Positions 13,660-28,013 are shown, counted from the first letter of the stretch. The stretch is DNA of 64,000 nt from Sminthopsis crassicaudata (GCF_048593235.1 NC_133618.1:620514889-620578888), one strand, 5' to 3'. Notes: generated by a model from the letters alone, not told the origin. A program made the numbers and translations.

Positions 13660-13870
13660 CCCCTTAGAGTAGGGAATCTTCTCCTGGGTTCCATCAACTT
13701 GTTTATTAAAATAGTTTTGCTAATTACTTCAAAATAACTTGTTTCCTCGGTAATCCTTTGTGTTTTATTTTATGCATTTACATCCATTATTTGGAGGAGG
13801 GATCCATAGGCTTCGCCAGGCTTCCAAGGGGTCCTTGCCACAGAGGGAGCTGGAATGCTTTGATCCATTT
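13660..13870. mobile_element. Probable old hAT-type MITE remnant
   Basis: Motif ggatccataggcttcgccaggcttccaaggggtcc resembles 41230-41290 and 10550-10640; family not determined. Confidence 0.35.
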
Positions 13871-16097
13871 CAAAGAGGGGATGACTGAGGCTTTAGAAAG
13901 GTCACATCGTCCCTCTGAGACTGGAGAACAAATTTGGTGGAGCTGGACCAGACACTGGGAGAGTTTCTGGTCTGGTGTTCGAAGCTTGGTCACTCCAAGC
14001 TCCACTTAGATGCTGATGCTGATGATTTAAAATACAAATTTTGCAGGAAAAAAAAGACAAATCGTGAGTATTTCAGAGACCCAAAGACTCCCTGAGGGTT
14101 CCTGGGAGCTTGGTGCTCTGAGCTGCATCTTCCATCCTGTCTCCTAAGTGTGAATAAATTGGGGAGCCCATGAACCCCACCCCCAACCCTGCTTCACTGC
14201 CAGAGAAAACCAGATTCCACTTGGCGAATTCCACTTCCCGGAGTCTCTGATTTGGTCTAAAGGCAAATCCCCTGTTCCAAGAGGGAGGAGAAAAACCTTT
14301 GAAAGATCGTGAAAAAGACTGGAGGCATATTCAGCATCAAACAGGCTCCTTACAAAACCGCCTTTTGATGAGCTAAGTGTAAATGAATCAGAAACATATG
14401 AATTGAATTTCCCCTGAATCCTCTTGAGGCTCTGGCAATTAAGAAAGGAAGCTACTGGCCCTGGGGGACCTGGAGTTGGCTCGGCTTGGTTGGGACTGGG
14501 AGCAGCCCACCCTGGCGGCCCAACGCCACCTGTCTGTCTGATGGCCTAGCCCCAAACACCGACCCGGCCAGCCTGTGGCTGCCAGGACTGACTCCTTCCC
14601 TCGGTCCAACCCAGATCCACTTAAATGGTCCTGAGCAAGTGACTTATGACCCTCCTCACTTGACCTCAGTTTCCCCATAAGGCAAATGGACACATATCCT
14701 GCCCCAGACACATGCATTTTCAGCAGCGGTGATGGGCTTGGGGTTATCTGCACCCTTTTACTTTGTTCTCCCCATAACCAAGATGCTGTGTTTATTCAGT
14801 CAGTAAATATTTATGAAGCACCTACTATGCGATATGGACCGTGTAAAATGAGGAACTTCTGCCCTCAAACAGTGAGGGCACATAGGTAAAACACAAGACA
14901 GTTTGAGGAGGGAAGCTCTACCAGCAAATGGAACGGAGGGTAGAGTCGGTGATCACTGGGTTCTAGTTTTAGAACGTGGAGACCAGCTAGTCCAACTCAC
15001 CTTACAGGGGCAGGAAATAAACCTGGAAGAGGGAAGAGAGGGTAAATGGCAGAGCCAAGATGTGATTGAGGATGCGTCAGACCAGAATTGAGAATCAATG
15101 GATGCTCAGAATCGGGGACCGGCAGCTCCGGGTTCCGGGACTACAGGGTCATCCTCTGACTTGGAGGTCAGTCTATGCCAGAATTAAGAGTCACCCTTTA
15201 GCTGGAGAAGAGAGTCTCCACATTAAAGCAAAGGAGTCCCAGGAAAATCAGACACCGGAACCTTTGCCTCATTAATCTACTGAGCTAAAAGGCCACAAAT
15301 GACACACAACAGCAAGAAAATTGGTCCCATTCAACTCCCATAAAGGAGCCATATAATGGACTATGAGGCACAAAGGGGGATTCTAGTGGCAGAAAAGAGA
15401 GAAAAGGGTGGAAGCAAAATGAAAGGAAAGCTTTCTTTTCTCCTATTTGGAAACTGTTTCCTAGAATCATTTATAGATTAATGGCCGTTAATGAAGCAAA
15501 TGAGATACAGATACAGAGAGCTACATGTGACATCACCGGTGCCATTGAGCCTTGGCCAGATGAAAGCCAGGGCCCGAGTATGGCACTCTCCCAAAGGAGC
15601 GTGGGTGCACCTTGAAGTACAAGATAATAAGGCCCATTTATAGCAAGCGCACGGCTGAAGGGCCCCTCACAATTCATGGCTGTGGGAATCCTTTAGCATG
15701 GTTTCCACCAAGGGTAATCGTGACTGATGAGTTGCTCCCCTTCTCAGCCGAGCCAGCTCCTTCAGGATGCAGTGTCTCCATTAACTGGTCAACTCTTGGG
15801 CTGCTCCCTCACTTACTCCACTGGTCCTTCTCCAGCCTTGGCTATTATGGGAGCTCCATGACCTAGCTCCAAAGACCTTCACTACTGATTCTGGCTATTT
15901 CAAGGACCTCTGGTGACTTTTCAGCTTACAAGGATATAACCTGGTCAGTTCTATCTCTTAATACTGATTTATGAGCAGGAAAAAATCAACAGAAAAGAAA
16001 TGGGAATAACGCCTTCACAGAAGCATGGTGGCTGGGTGGGTAAATCTAGCTTGTGGCCGCTCTTTCCCCAATTGGAAGCTCCAAGTTTTCCTTGTAG

Positions 16098-16322
16098 AAA
16101 AATCGCCAGGACATGTAAACATATATTGTATTTAACTTATACTTTAACATATTTTACATGTATTGGTCAACCTGCCATCTGGGGGAGGAGGTGGTGGAAA
16201 CAGGGGACAAGTTGGAACAAAAGGTTTTGCATTTGTCAAGGCTGAAAAATTACCCATGCCTATATCTGGTATAATAATAATATAATAATAATAAAAGCTA
16301 TAATAACAAAAAAAGAAAAAGA
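16098..16322 (+). mobile_element. Short L1 3' tail with (TAA)n/A-rich end
   Basis: acatgtattggtcaacctgccatctgggggagg...ggaacaaaaggttttgc...taataataa...aaaaaaagaaaaa. Confidence 0.75.
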
Positions 16323-18369
16323 AAAATCCCCACGAAGCAGAGTAGGAGATGGCCCTTGCATATGCATTTTCTGGTCTGATAAGGCTTTTTTTGGACCACC
16401 AGAAAGTTCTGTGTTATTGCATTGTACCAGTGCTTCAGTCACACATGGCTGGTCACGTCTTGAATCGAAACAAGGTGGGTTTCGCCAAACCGCAAATGCT
16501 CTGGAGTAGAGGGAAAGACTCCTCCACCACGCATATCCACAAACAAATCCAATCTAAGCTTTACTTTACTTACCTGCAACCAGCTGACCAAGGAGGGTGG
16601 TTGGGAAGCTGCTCTTGGAAACTAACAGAGCCTGTGGGCTGACCATCATTCCCTCCTCCATCTTCCATCTCTCCAATGCCATCCTTAATGCAATTTATCT
16701 AAAGGAATCCTCATTAAACAACACATTGTAGTCTGACTTTGCCATGGGCCTCTGAATTACCCACAACTATTCTTCAGAGACTGTTGTCTTTATGACTTGT
16801 GCCCACAGCACATCCTTGGAAGACTACTGAAATTAAAAAGGTGGATCTTTCTCCACGAAGATATTTGGTGATGAAATTTTGGGCCCTGACAACCCGTGAA
16901 TGAAATTCTAACTGAGGGTCCATTAGATATTTACTTATGCATGAATATTTAAAGCTGAGGGGTGGGACAGAGTCTGGAGGTGAAAGGCCCAGCAAGGAGT
17001 ATTTTGGTAGGGTCAAAGGAAAAAATAAACAGAGACCATATTATAGTGAGGGCAACTGTACACCGTCAGATTAATGGAGGAATCGAATGAAGAGTTCCTG
17101 ACAGATCACAAGCCGATAGAGCAAAATAAAATTGTACATGCCGTGAGGAGACCGGAGGATTGAGGAGAGGGAGCTTGACTTTGCCGATATCTGTAAAGCA
17201 GAAACAGCCAACAAATTCTTGACTCTCTTTGCTGATAATTTCATTCTTCAGAAGATGGAGAAAGCAAAATGGGGAACCACTATCCTTGAACTGATTGTGA
17301 GAAATGAGGACAAATTGACTGGTAAAACAGAACTGACAGGAACCTTGGGAGGCAGTGACCATGGGATATTGGAGTGAATTTGTGACTGATAATGAAGGGA
17401 ACACCCTGAATATCCTAGACTTTGAGAGAGTGGATTTCACAGTTAGAGCTAAGAAAGGTCAAATCCCAATGACTGGGCTTGTCTTCCCTGGCGGGTATAA
17501 TGGATGCTCCTTCCTTACCTTTTCCTTACCTTCAGTACCTAAGATTCTTTGCCTCTTCCATGACTTTGCTCATCTTCTCCTCCCTAGTAAGCCTCCCTAG
17601 ATCCCCTACTCATTAACGCTCTCTGCATCCTCACATTGTTATGCTGTGTATTTTTTGTTTACATGTTCTGTCCAGTAGAATGTAAGTTTGAGGGGAAGGA
17701 CTTTTTCATTTATTTTTTATCTCTGTACTCCAGTGCCTAGACGAGTGACTCGCCCATAGTAGGCAGTTAGTAAATGGTCACTGATTCAGATTGAACTAAA
17801 GCGGTTCTAAAGGAAAGGGAGTTTTTCAAGAATGGCATTTCCATATGGAATCACATCCAATTCTAATATGAAAGAAAAGAGAAAGCCCATGTTGCTGCAC
17901 AGGGAGCGCATCCATAAACTCATGTTTGAAGGAAAATGTCTAACTACAAGAATAATCTAATGAGAAAATCCATTATGACAATATGCTCATCATAAATGCT
18001 AAAGATAATAAAAGTCTTTTTTAATAGGGAGCAAAAGAACATCTCCTTACTGACCACAGAGGAAAAAGTGGAATGACTAAAGTCTTAACCTGTTTTCCTT
18101 TTTCTCTACCAAGGAGAATAACTTTCTGGCTAGCAAAGATGGGATGGGATTGAAGGTTTCCAGAGAATTGTAATATGAGATAAAGAAGGGGAAGAGAAGA
18201 AACAGCAGATGTTTCAAACAAAGTTAATCTTCAGACACCAAAATTACCCTGAATGTTAGTGCTGAACTTCTGTCAGTGATATTTGAGGAATTGTGGAAGT
18301 GGGAAAGGTGCCCAAAGTCCGGATGAAGGCAAATATTGCTCCAGTTTTTGTTGTTCAACCATTCCAGTG

Positions 18370-18600
18370 TCTGACTCTTCTGTGACACCATTTAGACATT
18401 TTCTTAGCAAGGATGCTGGAGTGGGTTTGCCATCCCCCTCTCCAGCTCATTTTATAGATGAGAAAACCGAGGCAAACCGAGTGAAATGATTTGCCCAGAG
18501 CCAAATCATCAGTAAATGTCTGTGGCCAGATTTGTACTCAGGGAGATGCATCTTCCTGACTCCAAAGCCCAGTGCTCTATCTACTGTGCAACCCTGCTGC
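18370..18600 (-). mobile_element. MAR1-type SINE
   Basis: ttcttagcaaggatgctggagtgggtttgcc...tttatagatgagaaaaccgaggc...gtactcagggagatg. Confidence 0.7.
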
Positions 18601-18664
18601 CTGTTTTAGGATATATATATATATACATACACACACAAATACACATATATGTGTGTATATATGG

Positions 18665-18779
18665 CAGCAGTTGGTGTTAAGTGACTTGCCCAGGGTCACA
18701 CATCTAGGAAATGTTAAGTGTCTGAGACCAGATCTGAATTCAGGTCCTCCTGACTCATTGCACCACCTAGCTGCTCCTA
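18665..18779 (-). mobile_element. WSINE1-type SINE with an internal deletion
   Basis: gttaagtgacttgcccagggtcacacatctaggaaatgttaagtgtctgagacc...caccacctagctgctcc. Confidence 0.75.
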
Positions 18780-21525
18780 GATCGTTTAGGCAGATATTTT
18801 AAAGAAAAGGCCAGTGAACTTGACTTTAACTCCAGAAAAATTCTAGAGATTGATCAAGAGCAAATCATACCAGACTTAACACTGTTGCCTTTTAAAGACA
18901 ATATATACCTATCCAGGGAAGTCCATAGAGTCCACACATGCATCTTAGTCAGACTTTTGACCAATTTATCATGATATTCCTGTGGATGAAATGGGAAGAC
19001 ATGGACTGAATGCTAATAAGAAGTGGTGAAATGACTAGACCCAGAGAGTGTTGATTGAAAGATTATCATCAACTTGAAAGTCTTTAGTGGCGTGCCTCAA
19101 GGCTCTGTATCCCACCCCAGTTCTGTTCAATATTTTAATAAATGACTCACTTTATATTAATTTATTAATTAAATTTAAAATTAATTTATATTATGAAATG
19201 ACTTAAGTGAGCAAATATATGTAGAAGACAGGAATACAGGAGAAATAAGACACTCTATTGCATGATAGAATTGGGGTCCAAAAAGATCTCAAGATGCTGG
19301 GACAGTAAGTGGGCTAAAGATAAGATGAAATTGAATACATATGACTACACGTGGATTCAGCTGCAGGTACAGGATGGGGAAAATGGGTTGAGAAAACAGT
19401 TTATGTGAAAATGATTAAGGGTTCTACTGGACCATAAGCTTAATAGGAGTCGGTCATGGGATATGCCCTCCAGAAGAGACTGCATTAATGCAGGGAAGTA
19501 CAAGGTCACGAGCATGGGAGGTGACGGCCCTGCCACATCTGTGCTGGTCAGGTCATTAATGGCGTTCTATGTTCAGTTCAGGATACCCTTTGTTAGCAGG
19601 GATATTGAAACCTTGTCTAGAAGAGGGGAGAGACTAGAAATTATGCCCATGGATGGAACTGGTCTACAGGAGAGAAATCTGGGAGGCAGGCTGCCTAATT
19701 ATTGCCTTTTGAGTGTTTGAAGAACTGTTACAGAAACTGCCTTATGACCTTACTTAGCTTCAGAGGGCAAGGGAGTACCTCAGGAAATGCCTAGGAAAAA
19801 GAGAATGTACATTTATTAATTATCAGCCATGTGCTGAGCACTTTATAAATATAGGCATAAATGTAAATTGTGCTAAGTACTTTATGAATCTATGGCAGCT
19901 AGGTGGTACATGGGTAAGGTGCTGGAGTTTGGAAGCTCTGAGTTCAAATCCTACTTCAGACACTTACTAGCCGGGTGCCCCTGGGCAAGTCACTTCACCC
20001 CTGCCAGTCACCTTGCAAATATTCTCTCATTTGATCTTCACAGTAACTCGGAGGTAGGTGCTTTTTGGTATCCCCATTTTACAGTTGAGGAAATGAGGCA
20101 GACAAAAGTTAAGTGACTTACTCAGGATGCAGTTCATACGTGTCTGAGGCTGGACCTGACTCATGGCCAGCGTCTGACTCCCTCATCTCCACCCTCAGAG
20201 CCTTCTTCCTTTTTCCTCTTTGACACAGGCCAAGTACCACATTGTACAGCACGTCTGTCACGCTTCCTCCTTCCCTCTCCTTGCAGCTGCTGGTGCCCTG
20301 TCTCCCTACCTCAGCCTTACATTTATTCTCTTTCTATTTCTTCTGTAGAGCCCTAAATGTGCCCCATCCCGACCCCCAGACTGTAAACTTACAAATAGGA
20401 ATATTTCCTTCCCCGTCGGCACACAGTAGGAACTTATTAAATGTGTATTGATTGAATTGATTGAAATCACAAAGAGGCAGATTCTGGCTCGAGCAAAAAT
20501 CTCTTCACAATCAGAACCGTCCAAAAAGTCCAAGGACGTTCTAAGGAATTGTTTCAGAGATTGGATGACCGCTTGTCAGGGAGGCTACAGAGGGTCCCTG
20601 CTTTCCAACTCTTTAACGATCTGTGGCTCTGATTGAACAATGAGCCTCAATGGATTCCAATTTGTAGGAGGATATTTAAAATCAATATTTCCCGGTGTAT
20701 TACCTAGTTGATATTGATGACTTATAGAGAATGACATAATCCCCGTTAAATTTGCAAGGAGGACTGGTGATGTAATGATTTTCAGGCTGTCATCCAACCT
20801 CCCTCCCTCCGAGGTAGGAATTACCCGTTATTATCCCCTTTTTGCAAAAGAGCAACTGAGACCGAGTTTCCCGAGGCACAGAGTGAGGGAGTTTGAATCC
20901 AGTTATAAGGTCCAATGAGCGCTGCCTGTCCCGGGATGGACGCACGCCCCCGGGCACTTAGGGAGGAGAGGTGGTGGGACGCCCTCCTTGGGTAATGGGC
21001 CAGCCCGGCTGGGCTCTGCAGCCCGGAGAGATTGGCCCAGAAGTAGGTCTGGCTCCTGCCCGGTGTGTGATGGAAACCTCCAATGTGGGGGAATGAAAGT
21101 GCAAGAACAAGTCATGGGACTGGCCCCATTTTGTGGCTCTGGCGGAGCCAGAGGGGGCTTTGCCTCTTCCCAGCCTGTGATCTCACCCGGGCAGCCCGGG
21201 CCGCACGGGCTGGGACGGGACAGAAGCCTCTCCGTGCTGCCATCATTCCCCAGCAAACCGCGCGGTCCTGAAGTCGGTTAACCCTTTCCTTCTCCCTCCT
21301 CCTCCCCCGTCCCGGTTCTCCTGTCGTTTGAGAATCTGGTGATTTTTAAGTCTTTATTGACTTTTCTATTATTGATATTCACTGTAAAAGTCACTTTCCA
21401 TGGCTCTTCCCCTTGCTGTTGCCCTCCTCCTCCCCAGTGCGTCCCACATGACGGGCCCTGCGAGGTCTGTGGTGGAGCCAGCCTCCTGGCCGGTCTGCGG
21501 GGCGCCCCTCACCGGGGAGTGCTCG

Positions 21526-21580
21526 CCCGGCTGGGCCCCGGCTCGGCCCCGGCTCGGCCCCGGCTGGGCCCCGGCTGGGC
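21526..21580. repeat. Five tandem 11-bp units CCCGGCT(G/C)GGC
   Basis: Read directly: cccggctgggc, cccggctcggc x2, cccggctgggc x2. Confidence 0.95.
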
Positions 21581-22248
21581 CAGAAGGTTTCCTGGGGAAT
21601 CGGGCCTGAGCGGCCGGACCAAGGGCAGCGTCCCTCCCCCGCGCAGCTTCCACATGTTCCAGGTCGTCAGAGGAAGTTCAATGGGAATTTGGGGGGAAGC
21701 TTTCAGCGCGGGGAGACGCAAGGTTTAGAAAGTCAGAAATGCATAAAATAAATGTCCCGAGGTGTCGTTTTACCTTCGGAGCCGCCATGATCAGACGACT
21801 TCTGTTCCGAAGCGAGGGCCCCACTCGTTTACGGGGATTTTCCGCTCCCGGGCCGTCCCTAACCCTGCCGACGTGGATAGGAGTGGCGCGGAGGAGGGCT
21901 CTGAGGCCCGGTGTGCCGTGGGAGGCTCCCGAGCCCACCGCCGCTCCCCGGACGGGGCCCTCTCAGGCTGCGGGAGGCTCAGCGTCTCAGCCGAAGTTCT
22001 GGAACTTCCCGCTGTTTTTGAATAATAGTTTTATTTTCACAACCTCCGCGTGGTAATTGTTGGGCGTGGACCCCCAGCTGGTTTTTTCCTTTTACGTTCT
22101 ACAGGTTGACCTAGGGACGTTGTATTCTTTCCCCGCGTCAGCCCCATGATTTCCCGGGAGTCTCCCGGAGTCTTTCCCTTGGTTTGGCGCTCTTGCTCCA
22201 GCCCTCACCCAAGCTGAAGACCATGTCTGTCTGTCTGTCTGCCCGCAG

Positions 22249-22467
22249 AACGACTCGTGGGGGAAGCAGTACTCCTACGCCCTGTTCAAGGCCATGAGCC
22301 ACATGCTCTGCATCGGCTACGGGAAGCAGGCGCCCATGGGCATGTCGGACGTCTGGCTCACCATGCTCAGCATGATCGTGGGCGCCACCTGCTACGCCAT
22401 GTTCATCGGCCACGCCACCGCCCTCATCCAGTCGCTGGACTCCTCGAGACGCCAGTACCAGGAGAAG
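22249..22467 (+). CDS. HCN4: HCN4 coding exon 4 (pore helix, CIGYG selectivity filter, S6), 73 codons
   Basis: gcccgcag acceptor and gtaggg donor. Translates to [73 protein letters not shown]. Confidence 0.97.
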
Positions 22468-24454
22468 GTAGGGGGGGGCCCGTCACTCAGGGAGGAGAGC
22501 GGCCGGGGGCAGCCTTGGAGGGCGGTGGGGATCAGCCCCATTTCTGCAGAGGCAGAAAGGTGATAGCCGGGAAGAGGGCGTCCGAAAGCCCGATTAATGC
22601 GGCCCGCCGTCCCCTCCCGCTTCCTGGTGAGAGCGGTGTCCACCCCCTTCCCTCCGGCAGCGTTCTTTGGGCCGCGGTGTCCAGGGCGGTCTGGGGAAAA
22701 CCTGGGGTCCCCCTCCCTGACCTCCTGGAGGGGCCGGCCTGCCGTCAGTCCTCAGCGAGGACTAGTGAGAACAAAGGACGGTGGGAGTCCACACGGGGCG
22801 GGTCTGAAGAGCTGGACGGGTAGAACCGGACTGTGGGGACTTGGAATTCCAAGGCGAGGGGTCTGGACCGTGTTCTGAGGGCGGCAGAGGGTTAGAGAGC
22901 GAGCCCCGCTCCGCGGGTCAGCCCGATGTTACATGAATATGGAGGAAGCACAAAGGCCGGGGAAGCTACGACTGACCAAGTCCCGGCTCTGGACACAAAG
23001 TGGGGGGGGGGGCGCTCTTCTGGGGTGGTGACGTGGGGGTGGATGAAGAAAAAGGTATGGAACCAAAAAAAGGGAAAAGTCTGGGGACCGAAAGTAGAGG
23101 CAAGGAAGAGGCGGAGGCTAAGGGGGAGCCCTAATGGCTCGGAGCCCCAGACAATTTGAGGGCAGGGTCCCCTGGATTCGGTGGCCGCCTGGATGTCCCC
23201 AGGCCGCTCCACAGGGCACAAGTCCGTGCCTTCGTAGGGCTTTCGGCCTATGGGGATGTGACTGAGGTCGGGCAGCTGTAACACAGGGTGATTAACATGT
23301 GTACGATAAGAAGGGATCCCAGAGGGGAGACAGAACAGTTCTCTGTTCGGAAAGGACATGGTGGCGAGCCTGGGCTGAGGGCGGCTGTGGGAGGAAAGGC
23401 AAAGGGCAGTTCCTGCCCTCTAGGAGCTTGCCTTCTAAGGGGGACAGCGAGGACCAAGACAAACACGCACCAGTGGGGGTGGGCCTCAGAGGAGAGGCCC
23501 CGGGGGAGGGGCTGACTAGGAAAGGCTCCCGAATCAGATCCACTGGAACTGGACCCTGAGGAGGCCACAAAGCGTGAGGGGGGGGAGCTTTCCAGGCTTG
23601 GGGCAGTGCAAATGCAAGGGCTGGGAAGTGGAGGGTCCTGTGGGCAGGACAGCCTGGAGATGGCCTTTGCTAGCGGAGCCCACAGAAGGGAGAGAAGATA
23701 CAGGAAACGCTGGAAGAGATCAGATTGTGGAGGCTTTATGTCTGATCCTGAAGGTAGGAGCGGATCAGAGATGTGGAAATGGAAGCGACCCTAGAATCTT
23801 CAACCCAAGCCTTTCATTTCACAGATGAGGAAACTCCTCCGGATGCTTAAGTGGCTTGTCTAAAATCATAATTCGAACTCAGGTTCTCTGCCTTCAAATC
23901 CCAGACTCCTTTGATCCTAGCACACAGACTCCAAGGCTTAGAGCCGAGCTGTAGAGAACCTTGAACATCCAGGGCTGTATTCACATCTGTAAAAGTCCTT
24001 CCTCCATAGATACAGAGGCTGTTGGCGGTGGGCACCCATCCCTTCTGCCCCATGATGCCCTCTCTCCAAATGGAGGGCCTGAGGACAGGGGAAAGCTGCA
24101 GACCCGGTAACAGTCCGGCAGAGATGGCTGCCCAGTGAGCTCCAGCTCTCACTCTCAGCTGCCTCTCCAGAGGCCCAGGTGACTTTGTCTGTCCTGGCGA
24201 TGGCGGCATTAATATTCATGGCAAATTATTGCTCAGCTCCCTCCCCTTCCCCTTGCTCAACCTTGACCCGCCCCAGCAGAATACTGAATGGCCGCAGAAG
24301 TTCTGAGCCCTGGCGGAGGGGAAGGGCCTTCCTCAGCCCCTGGGTGCGTACCTCTCCTCTCAGCCACATTTCCAGGAGACAGAAGTCAGGAGGGAGGGAT
24401 CACTGTGGATGGGGGCAGCCAGAGAAGCCTTCCTGGAAGGGTAGAACTTGCTCA

Positions 24455-24609
24455 GGTAGGTCCTTGGTAGGTTGAGGATGGGGCCGTCTGGTGGGCCCTT
24501 AGTGGGCTGAGGATGAGGTCATCCGGTGGGCCCTTGGTGGGTCAAGGATGGAGTTATTTAGTGGGCTGAGGATGAGGTCATCCGGTGGGCCCTTTCTGGG
24601 TTGAGCATC
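24455..24609. repeat. ~35-bp minisatellite, about 4.5 degenerate copies (ggtgggcccttagtgggctgaggatgaggtcatcc)
   Basis: Units begin near 24455, 24490, 24525, 24559 (partial) and 24584. Confidence 0.85.
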
Positions 24610-26489
24610 TTGAGCAGAGAGGGGGCTTCTTGTAGGGGGCAGAAAGTCTTTGGGTCTTTCCCTCCCAGTTCTTGGAACATAGTAGGCTCTCTATAAGTAT
24701 TTATTCCCTTCTATTTTTTAATTCCCTCCTGCCTGCAGTGACCCACGCCTGTTCTGGGGGGATGCCCTAATCAGTCTTCAGCAAAATGTCTGTTTAAAAA
24801 ACAAATTATCCCACCGGTCTCCCATCTCGGACAACAGGGAGGTGCTCTGTGGCTGGCCTTCGGGGCTCAGGCTGCGGCCAGGATTAGGAGACACTCTTTG
24901 GCTGGAGTCGGTCTGTGCAGGAATCGAGGGGGTCAGTCAGGCTGAGGCACATTTCTGGCTCAGTGTGAGGTCCACAATCACTGTGGCTGGGAGTGGAGAG
25001 CAATGAAATGGGGCTGAGATCGAGGCTCAGTCTGTGGACCCTTCATGGGCAGGGGGTGCTGGGGTCAGCGCCAAAAGCTGGTTGTTAAATTTTCACGTCA
25101 ACATTTACACCTGGAAATCAACAAGTACCAGGTATTTAAATCAGGGCTTGGTTTATTGTTTTGTTGGTTGTCTAGATTTAAGAAAGTGCTGAAGAAAATA
25201 TGACTGACTCCTAACAGTACGTTGTATGTCCACCCTTCCCCCACTATCTGATTGTCGAACATTTACCAGCATTCCCCTGGCCAGGGGTCAGTCTAGCCTT
25301 AGAAGTAGGGATGTGCTGTGGAGCGGCTCCGCTGGAGATGGCTTTGTGCTGGGGGGGGGGGGCTGGGCCTGCTGGGGGCAGGGACAGAGGCGTAATTTTC
25401 TGTGACATCATTACCCCGAATGTGGCTCGTACCCACGACCTTGGCCTTCTTAGCTCTGTGGGGACGGAGAACGCACCGGTCTGGGCCGGCCGTCTGAGGA
25501 GGAGGTGCTGAGAGCCACGTGGGGACACCCCCCCATGTGTCCCTTCGTCGCCCCCCGCCCCCGCAGCATTCTCATGAGCATCTCCCAGACAGACCCAGAA
25601 GGGAACACCAGCCAGGGGGCGGGGAGACCCGTGGCCCCAATTCCTTCTCCTTGTGTCCGGCCTAATGAGCCCGGAAGGCTGTGGCTCCTGTCAGGCTGCC
25701 AGGGGCTTTCTGTCTCAGTTATGAGAGCCCCGGACGGGGTGCAGGATTACATGGGGTGGGAGGACGGGGGCTTGGGCGTGACTGGACTCCGGATAAGTCC
25801 CTAGTTATAAAGCTGATACAATGAATACCCGGCCTGGGTGCTGCTGCAATGGTCACAATTAATTCCAGAAATGAGGGGATGACATCAGTGTCCCCAGTAG
25901 GACAAAATGCAGATCCCTCTGCCGGGCTCCAGGCCTCCCCGCCGTGCCCCCCGGTGACCTTCCTGGCTGCCGTCCTTCGGGAGCCCCACTTCCCTGCCTC
26001 ACTCCCATTCTACCTTCACATGAGGGGCTGCTCCAGAGAGCGCAAAGGCCCCCTCCCTCAGGCCGCCTCCCAGGAGGGTCGGACCCCAAGCCAGCTCCCG
26101 AAATCGCCCCGCTCTTGTCTCAGTCCGCTTTTGTCGTCTCCCTCCTCGACCCTACGGGAGTGTGGGCTCCTGAAGGCAGGAGCTGTCTGGGCTCTGCCTT
26201 TGTCCGCGTTTGTCCAATGAATGAGAGTGAGTGAGATCTTAATCGGGCAACTAGGATTAACCGATCCTGACACTGCAGCTGTGACCCTGGTGTCCGATGC
26301 GGGGAAGAGGATCAATGAGTATTTACGGCGCTCTGCGTGTGGGAGGAGACGGGGTCCTCAGGTAGAAGGTGGCCAAGCTCTCCCAAGAGGGGTCTCCATT
26401 TTCTTCCTGACCCACTTTCTGCCTTACTTTGGTGGATGGGGACCCTACAATGGCCCTTGACCGATGATCCCCATTCATTCCCATGTCAC

Positions 26490-27016
26490 TCTGGTTCTTT
26501 CTTTTTCTCCTCTCTCCTCCTTTCTTCTCTTCTCTCCTCCATTCCTCTCTTCTTTTTTCTTTTCCTCTCTCCTCCTTTCTTCTCTTCTCTCCTTTCTCTT
26601 CTCCCCTCTCCTCCTTTCTTCTCCTCTTTTGCCTTCTATCTTCTCTTCTCTCTTTTCTTCTCTCCTCCATTCCTCTCTTNNNNNNNNNNNNNNNNNNNNN
26701 NNNNNNNNNNNNNNNNNNNNNNNNNNNNNNNNNNNNNNNNNNNNNNNNNNNNNNNNNNNNNNNNNNNNNNNNNNNNNNNNNNNNNNNNNNNNNNNNNNNN
26801 NNNNNNNNNNNNNNNNNNNNNNNNNNNNNNNNNNNNNNNNNNNNNNNNNNNNNNNNNNNNNNNNNNNNNNNNNNNNNNNNNNNNNNNNNNNNNNNNNNNN
26901 NNNNNNNNNNNNNNNNNNNNNNNNNNNNNNNNNNNNNNNNNNNNNNNNNNNNNNNNNNNNNNNNNNNNNNNNNNNNNNNNNNNNNNNNNNNNNNCCTCCT
27001 CCCTCTTCCATCTCTC
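26490..27016. repeat. Polypyrimidine (CT-rich) tract of at least 500 bp spanning a gap, upstream of exon 5
   Basis: Almost exclusively C and T on both sides of the N run. Confidence 0.9.
26680..26994. other. Assembly gap (315 N) inside a polypyrimidine repeat
   Basis: Run of N flanked on both sides by CT-only sequence. Confidence 1.
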
Positions 27017-27064
27017 AGAGGACAGGGAACAGGACAGGTCCGCCCTCCCTTGGCTCCCCTGTGA

Positions 27065-27825
<761 letters not shown>

Positions 27826-28013
27826 TAGCCCTTGTGAGGTGTGGGGAGGGGAGAAAGGGCAGTTGCCACCCAGAGTCAAAGAAACCAGGGTCACGTTAAG
27901 GCAGGGCCAGAGGGCAGAAATGGAAGGGGAGGAAGTGCTGATCATCTGGGTCAGACAGTATTAATACTGTTTTTAAAATATTGTAACCCAAATGTATTTT
28001 TCTTTTTTCCCCT

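Larger units (their letters stand above)
17040..19730 (+). mobile_element. Fragmented CR1/L3 LINE (endonuclease to RT to 3' end), interrupted by SINEs
   Basis: 17244-17440 translates to FILQKMEKAKWGTTILELIVRNED...GTLGGSDHGIL (CR1 endonuclease-like). RT-like pieces occur at 18240-18350, 18810-19140 and 19250-19730. Confidence 0.65.
20930..23250. other. GC/CpG-rich island around HCN4 exon 4
   Basis: CpG density is visibly high relative to the AT-rich introns; not computed. Confidence 0.6.

Noticed and set aside
21526-24609. Tandem arrays as CRISPR-like structures
   Set aside because: No unique spacers, and the genome is eukaryotic; these are minisatellites.
15528-25887. Three copies of TGACATCA (15528, 25403, 25880) in HCN4 introns
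   Set aside because: About one per strand is expected by chance in 64 kb, so the excess is not convincing. The motif is also the deamination product of a CRE.
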